From Perkinsus chesapeaki ATCC PRA-425 (lineage: Eukaryota > Protista > Perkinsozoa), in the NCBI GenBank assembly GCA_013115145.1, contig JAAPAO010000066.1, positions 1-64,000 on the forward strand: a DNA stretch of 64,000 bases, in the 5' to 3' direction. Shown here in pieces: positions 1 to 12,900 of the stretch. Under the pieces are notes generated by a model. It ran no database searches and was not told the DNA's origin. It was given only the letters and a program-made list of their open reading frames with translations. Each line of letters begins with the position of its first letter. Position 1 is the first letter of the stretch. A program made the position numbers and the translations under genes.

Positions 1-349
1 AAGTGTGTCTTTATTCTGCTCTCTTCTATTGTGCTGCCTTTTGTGTATTCCATTACCTTCGAGTTGAGTTTGTCATATTCAATTTGTTTCTAGGCAGTGA
101 CACCCTGGCTTTCTCGGTTGATGAGTAATCGTGACGGCAAAGATTGATCAGTGCATAGCCCAGCTATTGTGACACAATAACATTTCCACAAAGATTGTTC
201 CCTCGTGCCCGTTTACGGTACGGATCTAGCTCTGGAGTAGCTGGGGAGCTCNNNNNNNNNNNNNNNNNNNNNNNNNNNNNNNNNNNNNNNNNNNNNNNNN
301 NNNNNNNNNNNNNNNNNNNNNNNNNNNNNNNNNNNNNNNNNNNNNNNNN

Positions 350-476
350 TCACTGTTCTGGCTTTCAATGGTATAGGCTCACTGTTCTGGCTTTCAATGG
401 TATAGGCTCACTGTTCTGGCTTTCAATGGTATAGGCTCACTGTTCTGGCTTTGAATAGTATAGGCACACTGTTCTG
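350..476. repeat. 29-bp tandem minisatellite (TCACTGTTCTGGCTTTCAATGGTATAGGC), 4 full copies plus a partial, next to an assembly gap (252-349)
   Basis: Direct head-to-tail copies with no spacers; the last full copy has 2 substitutions. Confidence 0.95.
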
Positions 477-1598
477 TTAACGCGCACCGCTTGCGGCGGC
501 ACATTTAGTTGGGGGAATCTCACTGTGAAAGTTGATGTCGGCGATTCAGCCGAGCTTTGATTGTCATCTTTCTCGACCGAGCACATACCCAGTCTTGACG
601 AGCTTGCTCAAAAGAGGGAGAATCAGCTCGTGAGATGTTCAATAATATCGAGTTGGCATTTCTCTGATCGTAATGTACGTTTTCCGTGATACGAGCTCAC
701 CTTCCCATTCTACACAATGGCAAGTTAGCGAACGTATTCCTAACCAAAGAGTTCCTTCATCCAGGGCGTTTGTTCCTGGTGGAACGACGCGGTGGGTAGG
801 CGTTTTCCAGCACCGGCCAGTGTAAAGGAAAGCACCGAAATACCAGTTGAGAAAAGAGTAGCTATCAGCGAAAAAAGTAGGACATCCGCGACGCGAATTC
901 CGCGTCACAAAGACACGTACAGGGTAGGACAGCAGAGAGTTTCGGCGTCTCTAGCTCAGTTTGGACCGCGGGGTACGTGCCAGTCGACCCTCGCTCGTTG
1001 CACATGGGAGCTGGGGCGGCTTGAGTGAGTCTCGCTCTCTCACTCGCGGCCGCGGTACGGCCAGGCCAACAAGTATCGTTTACTCGGGTCCGATAGCAAC
1101 CTCAGAAATTGTACTCAGTCCTCCAGCGCTTCACTTTCTCAAGCTTCTACTGTATGGAATCAATCGCTCAGGTTCATTGTGAGGATTGCTTGCCGTGTGC
1201 AACGACACAACGACACAATTGATATCGCTGAACTACTTAGTAGAAAGCCTAGTAGGCTTAGGCGTACTAGCCGTAGGGCAGTAGGCTTAGCCTTCTGCCA
1301 TACGACAGCGCTTATTGCGATTGCGCTGTCGGTATAGTAGGAATTATTCTACTGACGAATTGGGAAACGAAACTAATTAACGAACAACTCAAAAAAAGAA
1401 ACTCAAAAGAATATCGGGTGATTCAGAATAAACGGAGAAAGAGTGGAACCCACTCAGTGGATGAATGGTAAGGAAAATCAAGTACTGATGACGCGTTAAA
1501 AACCAGTTGCTGCATCACCAGCTAACGAGTAGCTCCTTCGGTATCAGAGCTATCGTACCTGAGCCCATCATTTCAACAAAAAACAAGTGACCAAAGGC

Positions 1599-3899
1599 CT
1601 ACCAGTATTTCCTTCGAAGAACAAGAGCGGCGGCGGCCAACGCACCAGCGCCCCCAACAGCGAAGGAGGCCGCGTCGCTGCCGACAAGAGCATTGAAGGG
1701 ACCTCCGAGCTGAGACATGATGTGGCGCAATACAAATGAGAGCAGTGCCTACGATAGCAACAAACACTTGGGGAAGGCAGATGGCCAGGTTGAGGGTGCC
1801 CATGTACGTGCCAGGCTTCACAGAGGCTCCGCGCGCTCGCTGTGCGATACGACCGGTGAGGGCGAACGGGATTGTCATCGACAACGCTCCACTGAGACGC
1901 GAATTGTATGGGATGTCAGGCATGGTCGTGACTGGCAGCTTACGCTGGGCCAACTAAGGCAAGCCAAACTTGTACACCGGCAACAGTCCCAGGCAATACT
2001 TTAGTGGCAAAGAAAATGGAAAAAAGGAGAAGTGCGGCAAACCAAACAAGAGACACTCCCCATATTAGCCAAAGCCGTGGGTTAATAAAATGAGGCGGAT
2101 AAACCTGATAATGGAGGCTGTGCGCCGAGGAGCTGGAAAGATCTATTTTTCCTACTTACCCCAAGTAGGAAAAATAGAAGTGACGTTGAAGCGGACAGGA
2201 TGGAGCCGTAAAACATTCCGCGCGCAGCCAGCTGTAGGTTAGACTCATAGACCTTATCATCATCGAAAGGATTGGGGAGGACCTAGCAAAGAAGGAAGGG
2301 CATACACATGAAGGTGTACATAGGAAGGATTATAGCAATACCGAAATAGAAGTGACCAAAACCAAGGAATGAAACTAACTGGGTCCACCCCGTAGGGCCA
2401 GCTCTACTGGGGAAAAGAGGGATACAAGCGGAACATGAAAGTAAATGGCAGTAAAGCTCAAGAATAAGAATCATATTGAGTCTTGACCCCGTTGTCACCG
2501 GGCCGTTGATGAAGACCCAGCAAAGGATGTAATAAGAGCAAGTTCTCACCTCGACAGCCACAAAGTGAGATCTATAGATGGAGGCGGTAAACCAACCAAA
2601 CCAGGAAAGGCCCATAGCCCACAGAACGGTACGGTAAGCACGTGGAGCCGCTCGAACTTCTCGCCAAAGCGCGGCACAGTCCGCAAATGGATAATGGGGT
2701 CTGTCGTTCTGCCAGTAAAGAGATGGAGTGAGTTGTTCACAGCACCCGTACATGCTCCTCATCCGACATCGGCACGGCGCTATAGCGACCATTAGCGGCA
2801 GGCCGTCCAATCTTCATAGCAGCCACTGCTACTGCCGCAGTAACGAGGACAATGTAGGCATCGATAAGCACAACAAAGCGGAGCCCATAGCATCCAGCGA
2901 CATACCCTGCCGGGCAGCCTTCTGGTGGACACTCTCGAGGACATATCTGAATTAAGGAAAATACCTGACTTCTTCGACGAGGAGAGTTGTCTACATCCGA
3001 GCCGAGATTGATTGCCGAGGCCTTGGACCAATTCTGGCTGGCGATTACTCCTGCACACAGACCACCAAGTTCGCTTCTAAAAGGAGGGAGCGGTATGCCG
3101 ACGATAAGACGACGATCCTACATGAAGGTTTGTGTGAAGAATCCAGTGGAGACCTGCTGTGGTGGGGATATGTCAACCAAGCCGGATCTGCTGACCACCA
3201 TCACAACGTTGGCAGCAGAGTCATAAACCCAAAATATGATAATGAATATTACCAGACCAGCGGTGTGCGATGAACCTGAACTGGTAAATGAAAAGCCGAG
3301 GTAAGCGCGTTTGGAGTCCAAGCCTTGGACATATCACTACGAGATACACTTATAGAAAAATCAAGTTTGTGACAAGAAAATAAGTCTAAAAATGCCGGAC
3401 AGTCGCACAACACTTGCCTTTATCTCCTAGGAGCTCCCCAATCTCCACAGCATATCCGATGATGATGGTGGAGAGACTCAATATGATAGCCCCTGTGACC
3501 AGGAAAGGCGCTCTGGTTCTTCTCATTCCCTTGGAGACATACGCATCCGACCAACGACCTATTATCGGCTGCACCACCATACCTGATAAACGCACAAGTT
3601 CGCCTTAACCGAAAGCTGAAAACGGTTCACCTGTGATAGGTCCACACAACCATATAAGGCTACTCAAGGCTTCGGAGAGGCCCATCTTGGTGGCAAACGG
3701 AATGGACAGAATCCCCCTAAAAGTGATGGAAAAGCCACGCAATATTATTCGCTTACTGGAGACCCATCGAGCAGGATGTGGCGAAGATGGTGAATCCAAC
3801 CAAGCAAATGCGGATCCATCCCAGGATCGAGATACCGTCGTGCTCTCTACCAGCTGAGCTCGACTTGTTGCTCACATCTTCTTCCCGGTCGTGGTTCAT
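1599..3899 (-). CDS. Sucrose/H+ symporter-like MFS transporter (GPH; SUC/SUT/SLC45 family), multi-exon
   Basis: Exons read MNHDREED...GWIRICLVGFTIFATSCSMGLQ, LSSLIWLCGPIT|GMVVQPIIGRWSD...RAPFLVTG, FWVYDSAANVVM, LSWFGWF, GTYMGTLNLAICLPQ and LGGPFNALVGSDAASFAVGG...RRKYW*. These match SUC/SUT motifs (WLCGP.SG..VQP..G..SD, G..MG.LNLAIVIPQ). Confidence 0.9.
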
Positions 3900-4199
3900 G
3901 GAAATGATGGAATAAAAAGTAATTTTGACTTTCCAACTGAACAATTGCGATGTGCTCTTAAAACGAGCAGTTCGAGGTGTACCACGCGTAAAGCTCTTTC
4001 GTACTGAAGTGTCGCAGCTAGCACTCCCTAGGATTCTACTGATGACCGTGGGAAAGCAATACGTGCGTTGCAATGAAGCCCGACGGCCCCTCCGTGACCT
4101 ACGCCGCGTAGGGCGGCATTGATCAGATCGGGGGTGACGTGACATAGAACATGACACCATGGAACGCGAACAGAGAAGAACAGAGAAATTCATGTTTAC

Positions 4200-5342
4200 A
4201 ATTCAACAATGCTACCACTTTCCGACACAGCCTTTGTTGCAAAAGCTTTGTGTGATGACAGTTTCATGGACAAGCTAGTTCCCCATTGTGCAGCGTAGCC
4301 GATCACATCTCAGCCTTCGGCTGTTACAGGGTAAAGGAGGCATCCGAAGTACACTTGAGAACATCTCTGACCACCTGGCTTCGCTCTTGTTGATGCTATG
4401 AGAAGTTCCGGACGTTCTAGCCCTTTTTAATCATCGGCTCGAATGTTATTCAGTTCGGTGATAATGACGATGCCATCACCACGGCAGTGGTAGTTTCAGA
4501 AACCACTTTTGGAAGGGTTTATAGTATATGACAAGAGGAAGAACGGTCAATGCTAAATTGCCCACTCATGCGCGATTCCATGAGAACACCACCAATGCCT
4601 GATATATAACTTATATATAACAAAACCAGATGTATAATTTCAGGTTTGAGGTCTTCTGAAATAACTTTGGTTACTGAAAGATTCGATATGTACGACGATC
4701 CCTGTGGTTTCCTATCACTGTCAGTAATACTAGACCTTATGAACCGGGCTGCAATGTAATAACACAGTATGCAAGTAGAAGTGATACAGTATAATAACAC
4801 ACATATAGCTCTTATATCGCCCTGTGACGGACAACTCCATAACCAACACATTTGCACCAGAAACCAAGGTTAACACGGCATGGCAGCTTCATTAGGACCA
4901 CCGCAGGTCCAAAGGGATCTTCTCTTTGGTAACCTTCCTCGTCGAAGGATCTCTGACGATTCTCTCCATACTGCCTGCCCAGAGATTAAAGCGATTAGGC
5001 TTGAAGCTAGACTTATAGTCCTGAAAAAGATACCACTACAAAGTAGTGCCACTGGATCGATGAGCTCCTTAATTATTGATGGATACTTCACTTCGGACAT
5101 TCAATCGATGGCGTGTATTATGACTCATCCCATCCTCGAAAGCATACCGATAAGCAAAAATCGGCTGAACTCGAACCGTTGGAACGGGAAAACTTGAACC
5201 CGCTATTTCTGGTAAAGTCCGCTATGTTCCTCAGACCAGACTGGAGGACCCGCGAGAGGCTCACCCATTTATATTCGACATTCTTCCAACGCATAACATC
5301 TTCACTTCTGTAGCCAAACCTTTTGCAGTGCTTGTCCATCAC
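4200..5342 (-). mobile_element. Decayed LTR-retrotransposon pol fragment (RNase H end to integrase zinc finger), tentative
   Basis: MRWKNVEYKWV...SGLRNIADFTRN resembles the RNase H end motif RW...Y..G..N..AD.LSR. A CILC CxxC follows in a later broken frame. Stops and frameshifts throughout. Confidence 0.3.
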
Positions 5343-6790
5343 GCCTTCCGGCTAATATAAGAAATCATTAACGCATGTGATGGTAAAGGTTATCTGGTAA
5401 TCAGGTAACTCTCAATGTAAGCTGTAATCTTATTATGGCATTCCCTTCAATCTTAGTAAGATTTATCTAGTAAGGATTAAGATTATCTTACTAAAGATTT
5501 ATTCAACTTTTTCGGGTAGGGTCGAACCATAGTAACCTGCCCGTTCGCCATCACCGATATCCGATACTCACCTACAAGTCTGATATCCGAATCTGCACGC
5601 ATGCACATCACTCACTTATTCTCGGTTTGATGTTCGGATGTATCTCCGGTGACTTCATTATCCTTCTCGTAGGACGTCTGGGGACAAAGATGAGCCATCA
5701 GCCCACAGCCACACAGCCGAGATCATCTATAGTCGGAGTTATTTTCCGCTAAAATCCCTTGGAAAAATAATTACTTTATATGAAAGAGCCTAATGCTAAA
5801 TTTAAGGTCCCATTTTATATAGTTCGGAAGAACAGAACGTCATCGCTTCAGTAGTTTACCCCATTGTTCTGGTTTACATTTTAAAAATGTAAGGCTATTC
5901 ATACCGCACAGTTCGCTATATAGCAATATAATGGAGAGTTGTACGGCGTCTGGAACTTTGGCACCGATGCGGATGCTGTCAATAATTGAAGTCGGAAATT
6001 TCCCTGATAAAATCTTACGGAGATTCTAAAAAAGGGAGTTCTTACCACCAGCACAAACTCCAGTGAGAGGAATGGTCACCAGAAGTGATATAATTATTTA
6101 CTTCTGTCATCCGAAAGGACTGTCAAATGGCTCCCCCAGTCACTTACGTAAAACCACAGGTTCTTTTAGGAGTGGTAGGTATAAACCTTCGAGACTCCAT
6201 CGCAAACTGATGTCGAATAGGAGGCAATGCGTATACAGACGTACAAGAAAGCAACAAACCGGTCATAACAGAAGATAACTACAGGAACGGATCGTTGTAG
6301 TGTTGGCTATTGGAATGCAATCGCTGGGTCGATAATGTCTGCCACGAGGCTAACATCATTCCGCTTGTCCCTTCGAGCCATGGAGGAGATATTCTATATG
6401 CTCGCATTTAGCTGTTATGATGTTGTAGAGAAGGAAATGTTCACAGACAGCAAGGTTGGGCACCTCTCACCTACCCACACCCATCTGAGGTGGACTTGCA
6501 TTGAGATCTCAATGATCTTGGGAATTTTAGAGTAAAGTCAGCAAACCGGCGAATTAGACTTTGCCAACTGTATGAGACACAGTGTGTACCTTACCCCTCA
6601 CACGTGGCATAGTACAGCACACCACACAAAGGAAACGGATGAAGTCCCGACAGCCCCGATCGAAATTGAATAAAACAACATCTTTGTTGAGAAGAAACCC
6701 GGTAGCGAGGAATGCTGATTGACAGTGAGCTCAGAAATCGACATTCGTTTCGACAAAACTGCACAACATGTCGCGCTTCGCTCCGCCTGT

Positions 6791-9283
6791 TTACTCGGTC
6801 TTCTTGTCGAAGTATGACTTAGCATTGGCGAGGTCAGACACAGGAATGTCTATTTGTACACGAGCCTCCGAGTCGCCTGCAATAAAATAATAAGGAATGC
6901 AACTATTAGTGAACCTCACCTGTTCGAAGATCCTTAATGCGGACCTTACCATCCTCCCATTCACTGGGCGCTACAAAGGCTATCTTATCAGCACCAACAC
7001 GATCAGCGTATCTGGGGAGACAGTGACACAAGTATTTTGCACGCATGCGCAATGCATCATACCTGAATTGCTTGTCCACGCGCTTGCCAGCCTCCAGCAT
7101 CATATCAACGGTCGCACCACCCGACCTAACCGAGGGAGAATCAGCTGACACAAGAATACAAGGCGAGCTACCTAAGACCACTGGCGACTTCCAGTGCCTG
7201 TCCGTACATGCCTTTGTATGCTGCTACGACAAAGTCAACTCTGTGGGGAATTTCGGGAAGAAGACCACGCTCTGATAAACGGCTGTGTAAACATGGGACA
7301 CGGAATAGGCTCCTTACCTAAGAGAAGCTCGTAGATAACACAGTCTCCGAAACCAAAGCCAACGCATGGTATTTCTGTAGGGGCACCGTAAAGTGAAAGA
7401 AGCCTGAAGGAGGATAAGTTGAGATCGGCAATGACCGCTACTAGTATGTGTTCACCTGTCATAACGGCCACCACCAGCAATAGCACGAAGCTCGCCACGT
7501 CGATCGAATGCCTCCCAAACTATCCCTGGAGGAACAGCAGTTAACAATCTTAAAGGTCATCAACTTGCCTACCTGTGTAGTATGCCAAACCTCGAACCAC
7601 CGATGCGTCGAAGACCAACCAGTCCGCGAATCCATAGCTGTTGGCAAACTCGAAGAGCCTTTCAACATCAGCGACATCTGAAACCACCACTGTCCGCCTA
7701 AGTCGTGGCGAATCAACCCACCTTCAGCGCAGCTTTCACCAGCGATCTTTTTGAACTCTTCGATCGACTCAGCAGCAGTAGCATCGACGACGCGCTCTGA
7801 CACAAAAAAGTAGTCGAATGCCTATCAGATTTCTTCAACCAAGCCCTGAAATATTACCACCGGAGATCAACTCGTTAATGACAGAAGTTCAAAAATCGTC
7901 CAAGATTTTCCCAAATTTCCTCAGAATTTTCCCTTTGCGACGTCTGCAGGCGAGCCCACGAATCAATCCCATTGCTGAACCCAAAGTCGAGCTTACCTGC
8001 GACGGCAGTCTCCAAACCGATATCCTCGACCATCTGCCTTACCACCTGAAGTGAGCTTATATTGACGAATATAAAAAGGGGACTTTCACCTCTTCACGGC
8101 CAACCTTATCAATCTTATCTACCACAACACATACTTTAGCAAACTCATCAGCCCCAACACCAGATGCCTTCAATACAGATTGTAAAATGGCACGAGAATT
8201 AACTCTGAGATGGTATCATTAAAATAATGTTAAGATAATATATTATTACTTAATACCAACATCAGCACTGGTAAGGCCAACCTTCTTAAAGAAGCCAACC
8301 ATAGTTGCCAATAACTCGAGCTCAGCGGTTATGTCAGCAATACCGACGATATCGCAGTTCCACTGATAATGCTCACGCTTACGGCCTCTCTGAGTGGTCT
8401 CAAATCTCCAACATTGTGGAATTGAAAACCATTTTAAAGGTAAAACCTGTAGTGAATATTAATAATAAATTATAAATAAATGTTAAATACTTCAGCCATC
8501 TGTGCTGTTGCATTATGACTTCCTTCAGCACTCATTCTAACTCTTGATAATACCATTCTCGCCAGTGTTGGTGTCATCTCTGGTCGAAGCGTTACATTAT
8601 GTCCTTCCTTATCCACGAAGTTGTACCTACACCATATTCGCTTTCAATAGTTTCCCAATCACCACGTCATCGGAGCTTGCCTCTTCCCATTCGATTCAAG
8701 TAACTTCCATCTTTACATGTTCAACGGGAGAAGTACACATGATAAGATTGACAGAAGAGGGTCAGCGTGCCCAGACTCCCTTTAAGATGGCGCGCATTTT
8801 AGCGTCTTGAGAGCTAGGATATAGATCCGCCAAGCTTGTATGATTCCCGATATTACATTTGCTCTACTATTTCTTCACCAGCTTTCCTTTTATATAAATC
8901 CTCATTCTCGAGAACTGGAGCATCATATTCCGAGAAACCAAATTGAGCTGATACCGATCGCCATTGACTAAATAGCCAATTCTAAAATAATAATAATATA
9001 TAAGTAATATTATTAACTTACTCTAACACGCATATCTTCTGGGAAGAAATCCCGAGTGCCACTTGGAGGATCGAATGAGATAACTGATCAAGGGTAAGCC
9101 CCTCATACCCCGACCCCCCCCCAGATAACTACCATTCTCAAACTCCGGCTTTCCCCCCTTCTTAGCGGCTTTCTTCGCCAACTTCTTCGCTTGCTTCTTC
9201 GACATACCCTCAGGAACGACAAGCTTGGTGGCGTCCGCCTCGATGGCGACCTCAGGGGCAGCAGCAGCAGGACTGGATGACAT
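6791..9283 (-). CDS. HARS: Histidyl-tRNA synthetase, copy 1 (Lys-rich N-terminal extension, presumed cytosolic), multi-exon
   Basis: [12 protein letters not shown]...[14 protein letters not shown]|[74 protein letters not shown]...[19 protein letters not shown]...[23 protein letters not shown] introns are traceable. Confidence 0.95.
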
Positions 9284-9982
9284 TGTGGATAAGTAAACCA
9301 GGCTGATTGGAAGCTACTCTACCATGCACGGTATGAATATTATAGAGATGCCCCTACCCGGAATTGAACTCACGCCCTTTTCACTCCAGTAAGCATCAAA
9401 TTCTATTATAGCTAAGCGCCCGAGGCCATCTGCCCATATTCCATCCTAGCAAACAGAAATTTCCCTCCCAAGAATTCCTTCGGGCCGCCCTCTTGGTCCG
9501 AACTGAGCAACCAATGCCTCTGCACTTTTCTCGGCCATACCTGTCATTCCCGCTGCCTTCGCCTCTTTCCCAAAAACACAGACGAGAGACAATCGATTAG
9601 CTTGGCGTACGCAGCATCAGAGATTACCGTCACACAATGCCTGTCCCCTTCGCAAATGGTTATTGCCGGAAAATGAGAAAATTAAAAATGCTCTCACCGG
9701 GTATCGAACCTGCGCCACTTACATGAATCAGCCTCCTATGTTAAATGTATATGGCCATCTCAGGTTGCTAAATAGCTTCAGTGTTGACACCAACTGCATT
9801 CGATATCCTCCGTCAAGGACGACTGGAAACGCGCTAGGGCGAGGAGCAACCAATGACTCGATTGTAGAATGCCCAACAACGCAATACTGGTATAGCAAGA
9901 AACGTGCTCGGGAACGACTATGCCATTTACACATGTATAAATTGAGGAGAAAACTGCACATGTCGCGCTTCGCTCCGCCTGT

Positions 9983-12900
9983 TTACTCGGTCTTCTTGTC
10001 GAAGTATGACTTAGCATTGGCGAGGTCAGAAACAGGAATGTCAATTTGTACACGAGCCTCCGAGTCGCCTGCAATAAAATAATAAGGAATGCAACTATTA
10101 GTGAACCTCACCTGTTCGAAGATCCTTAATGCGGACCTTACCATCCTCCCACTCACTGGGCGCTACGAAGGCTATCTTATCAGCACCAACACGATCAGCG
10201 TATCTGTGTAACACACCAACGAAAAGAAGGAAGAAACAAGTTGCGCGCATGCGCCGCAGCAGACGCCATCTTATCGTACTTAAACAGTTTATCAACGCGT
10301 TTTCCGCTCTCAGGCATCATATCAACCGTTGCGCCACCAGACCTGGCAAATGTTAATTGGCGTTCTTTTTGCTTTTCGACTAATTGCAAGTCCCCACATT
10401 TGTCAGATATTTTCCTCGCTGCTAACTAAACTGCAGTAGAAGACAACCCTCATGCTGTGATGCTCCTACTACCACAGGTAGAACTTTTGGTGACGCAGAG
10501 CCATGATGGTATTGCCGAAACACAGCATCCCGAGGAAGGATACATCAACAAATGTCTTGCTTCTAGACAGGCAGTTCCGGACTCTTCCCGTGATTGGTTG
10601 TAAAGCGTGCTCGCCCTCTAGTAATCTAGTAGCCTCAAGCTAGTAGCCTGCATCTTCATGACATCTATTCATGTAATGACATCTTCGTGGTTACATGACA
10701 AGTAGGAAAATCTTCGTTAGATCTAGCCGGTAAGCCAACGTTAAGCTGTTGATCAACTTCGTGCTCCACTCCAATGGAGTCCACATAGCAGGAAATGGTC
10801 ATATGCAACGTTATGCAACGACTCTGTAACTGTCATCGACTCGTCCCTCTCCTTCTGTGTAACCGGACTCCATCCGTTTCTCGTAAATCGAGCAAGGTGT
10901 TTCATTATCTGAAATCAGTTGTAACAGCGTTAGCTGACCATCATTTGCTATTAAACTCGCACCGTCCGCAGGATGCAGAGTCTTGAAGGCCGCAGTTTCA
11001 TCCGTTGATTCTCCAAGACTCAGTGAAGGAGACGCTCATATGTAGATATGTGGTTGCTTCCGTAGCGGATAACCGCTAAGGGTATCCCTAGACCGAGGCT
11101 CCGTAGCAAACAATGTCGAGAACTTGCGACTGTTGTCACAGTTCACCAACTGCAGGGTCGCTCAGGGCTACTTGCTTCAATACACGCCATGTGTGAAAAC
11201 GGTACGTAGAATTATCCCGTGGTCCCTTGAAGGGGGTCCCTTTAAGGGGCCTCTTCAACACACTGCGTTTGTCATGACTCATGAGTCTTGTTCGGATCGT
11301 TCCTTTGGCATCCTTCAAAAAAACCAAGATACAGACTGCATCATACAGTTCGCATCATACGAGCACTGTTACTAACAGGCTGTTCATGAACCACTGGTTC
11401 AGAACCAGGCGCCCCCTTGGCATCAGCTTGCAAAACCATTATTGTCATACTAAGTTTGCAAAGAGCTTACAACAAAAAATAATTTAGGATGGCCCCGCAA
11501 AGAGCACACAAAGCATTTCCCGCAAAGAGCACACAAAGCATTTCGTACAGAATGTTTGCGAAACCATACCTAAGACCACTGGCGACTTCCAGTGCCTGTC
11601 CGTACATGCCTTTGTATGCCGCTACGACAAAGTCAACTCTGTGGGGAATTTCGGGAAGAAGACCACGCTCTGACAAACGGCTGTGTAAATATGGGAGATG
11701 AAATATGCTGCTTACCCAAGAGAAGCTCGTAGATAACACAGTCTCCGAAACCAAAGCCAACGCATGGTATTTCTGTAGGGGCACCGTAAAGTGAAAGAAG
11801 CCTGAAGGAGGATAAGTTGAGATCGGCAATGATCGCTACTGGTGTGTGTTCACCTGTCGTAACGGCCACCACCAGCAATAGCACGAAGCTCGCCACGTCG
11901 ATCGAATGCCTCCCAAACTATCCCTGGAGGAACAGCAGTTAACAATCTTAAAGGTCATCAACTTGCCTACCTGTGTAGTATGCCAAACCTCGAACCACCG
12001 ATGCGTCAAAGACCAACCAGTCCGCGAATCCGTAGCTCTTGGCAAACTCGAAGAGCCTTTCAACGTCACCGACGCCTGAATTTAGCAATGATCAATCGGT
12101 AACCCAAAATGGCCCTACTGCTCACCAGCCATGCACTTTGCCCCGGCGATCTCCTTGAACTCATCAAAAGAAGGAGCAGCCGTAACATCTACGATCCTCT
12201 CTAACAAAAGAACGATAAGCTCACTAAATACCACAAATATCGCTACAACGACACACCGCAGAGGAGCTTGCCGATACTAAAATCACTTGGTGATTATCAC
12301 TCAGTCCAGTGCACAGGAAACGAAGGTTAGTACAAAAGGAAGCGAACCTACCAGCTGTTGTTGTTTCCACACCAACGTGAGTTTCCAATAGATTTATAAC
12401 CTGAAGATCAAGAACGAGAGGTGCGGAACTTCGGCACTCTCTATTCACCCACCTCTTCACGGCCAACCTTATCAATCTTATCTACCACAACACATACTTT
12501 AGCAAACTCATCAGCCCCAACACCAGATGCCTTCAATACAGATTGTAAAATGGCACGAGAATTAACTCTGAGATGGTATGATTAAAATTATGTAAAGATA
12601 ATATATATTACTTAATACCAACATCAGCACTGGTAAGACCAACCTTCTTAAAGAAGCCAACCATAGTAGCCAATAACTCGAGCTCAGCGGTTATGTCAGC
12701 AATACCGACGATATCGCAGTTCCACTGATAATGCTCACGCTTACGGCCTCTCTGAGTGTTCTCAAATCTCCAACATTGTGGAATTGAAAACCATTTCAAA
12801 GGTAAAACCTGTAGTGGATATGAATACTAAATTATAAATAAATGTTAAATACTTCAGCCATCTGTGCTGTTGCATTATGACTCCCTTCAGCACTCATTCT

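Noticed and set aside
350-476. 29-bp and 25-bp (40491-40807) repeats as CRISPR arrays
   Set aside because: The units are head-to-tail with no unique spacers, there are no cas genes, and the context is eukaryotic.
3845-3875. tRNA D-arm-like AGCTCAGCTGGTAGAG on the minus strand
   Set aside because: It lies in the first coding exon of the sugar transporter (SSSAGREH) and has no anticodon or T arm.
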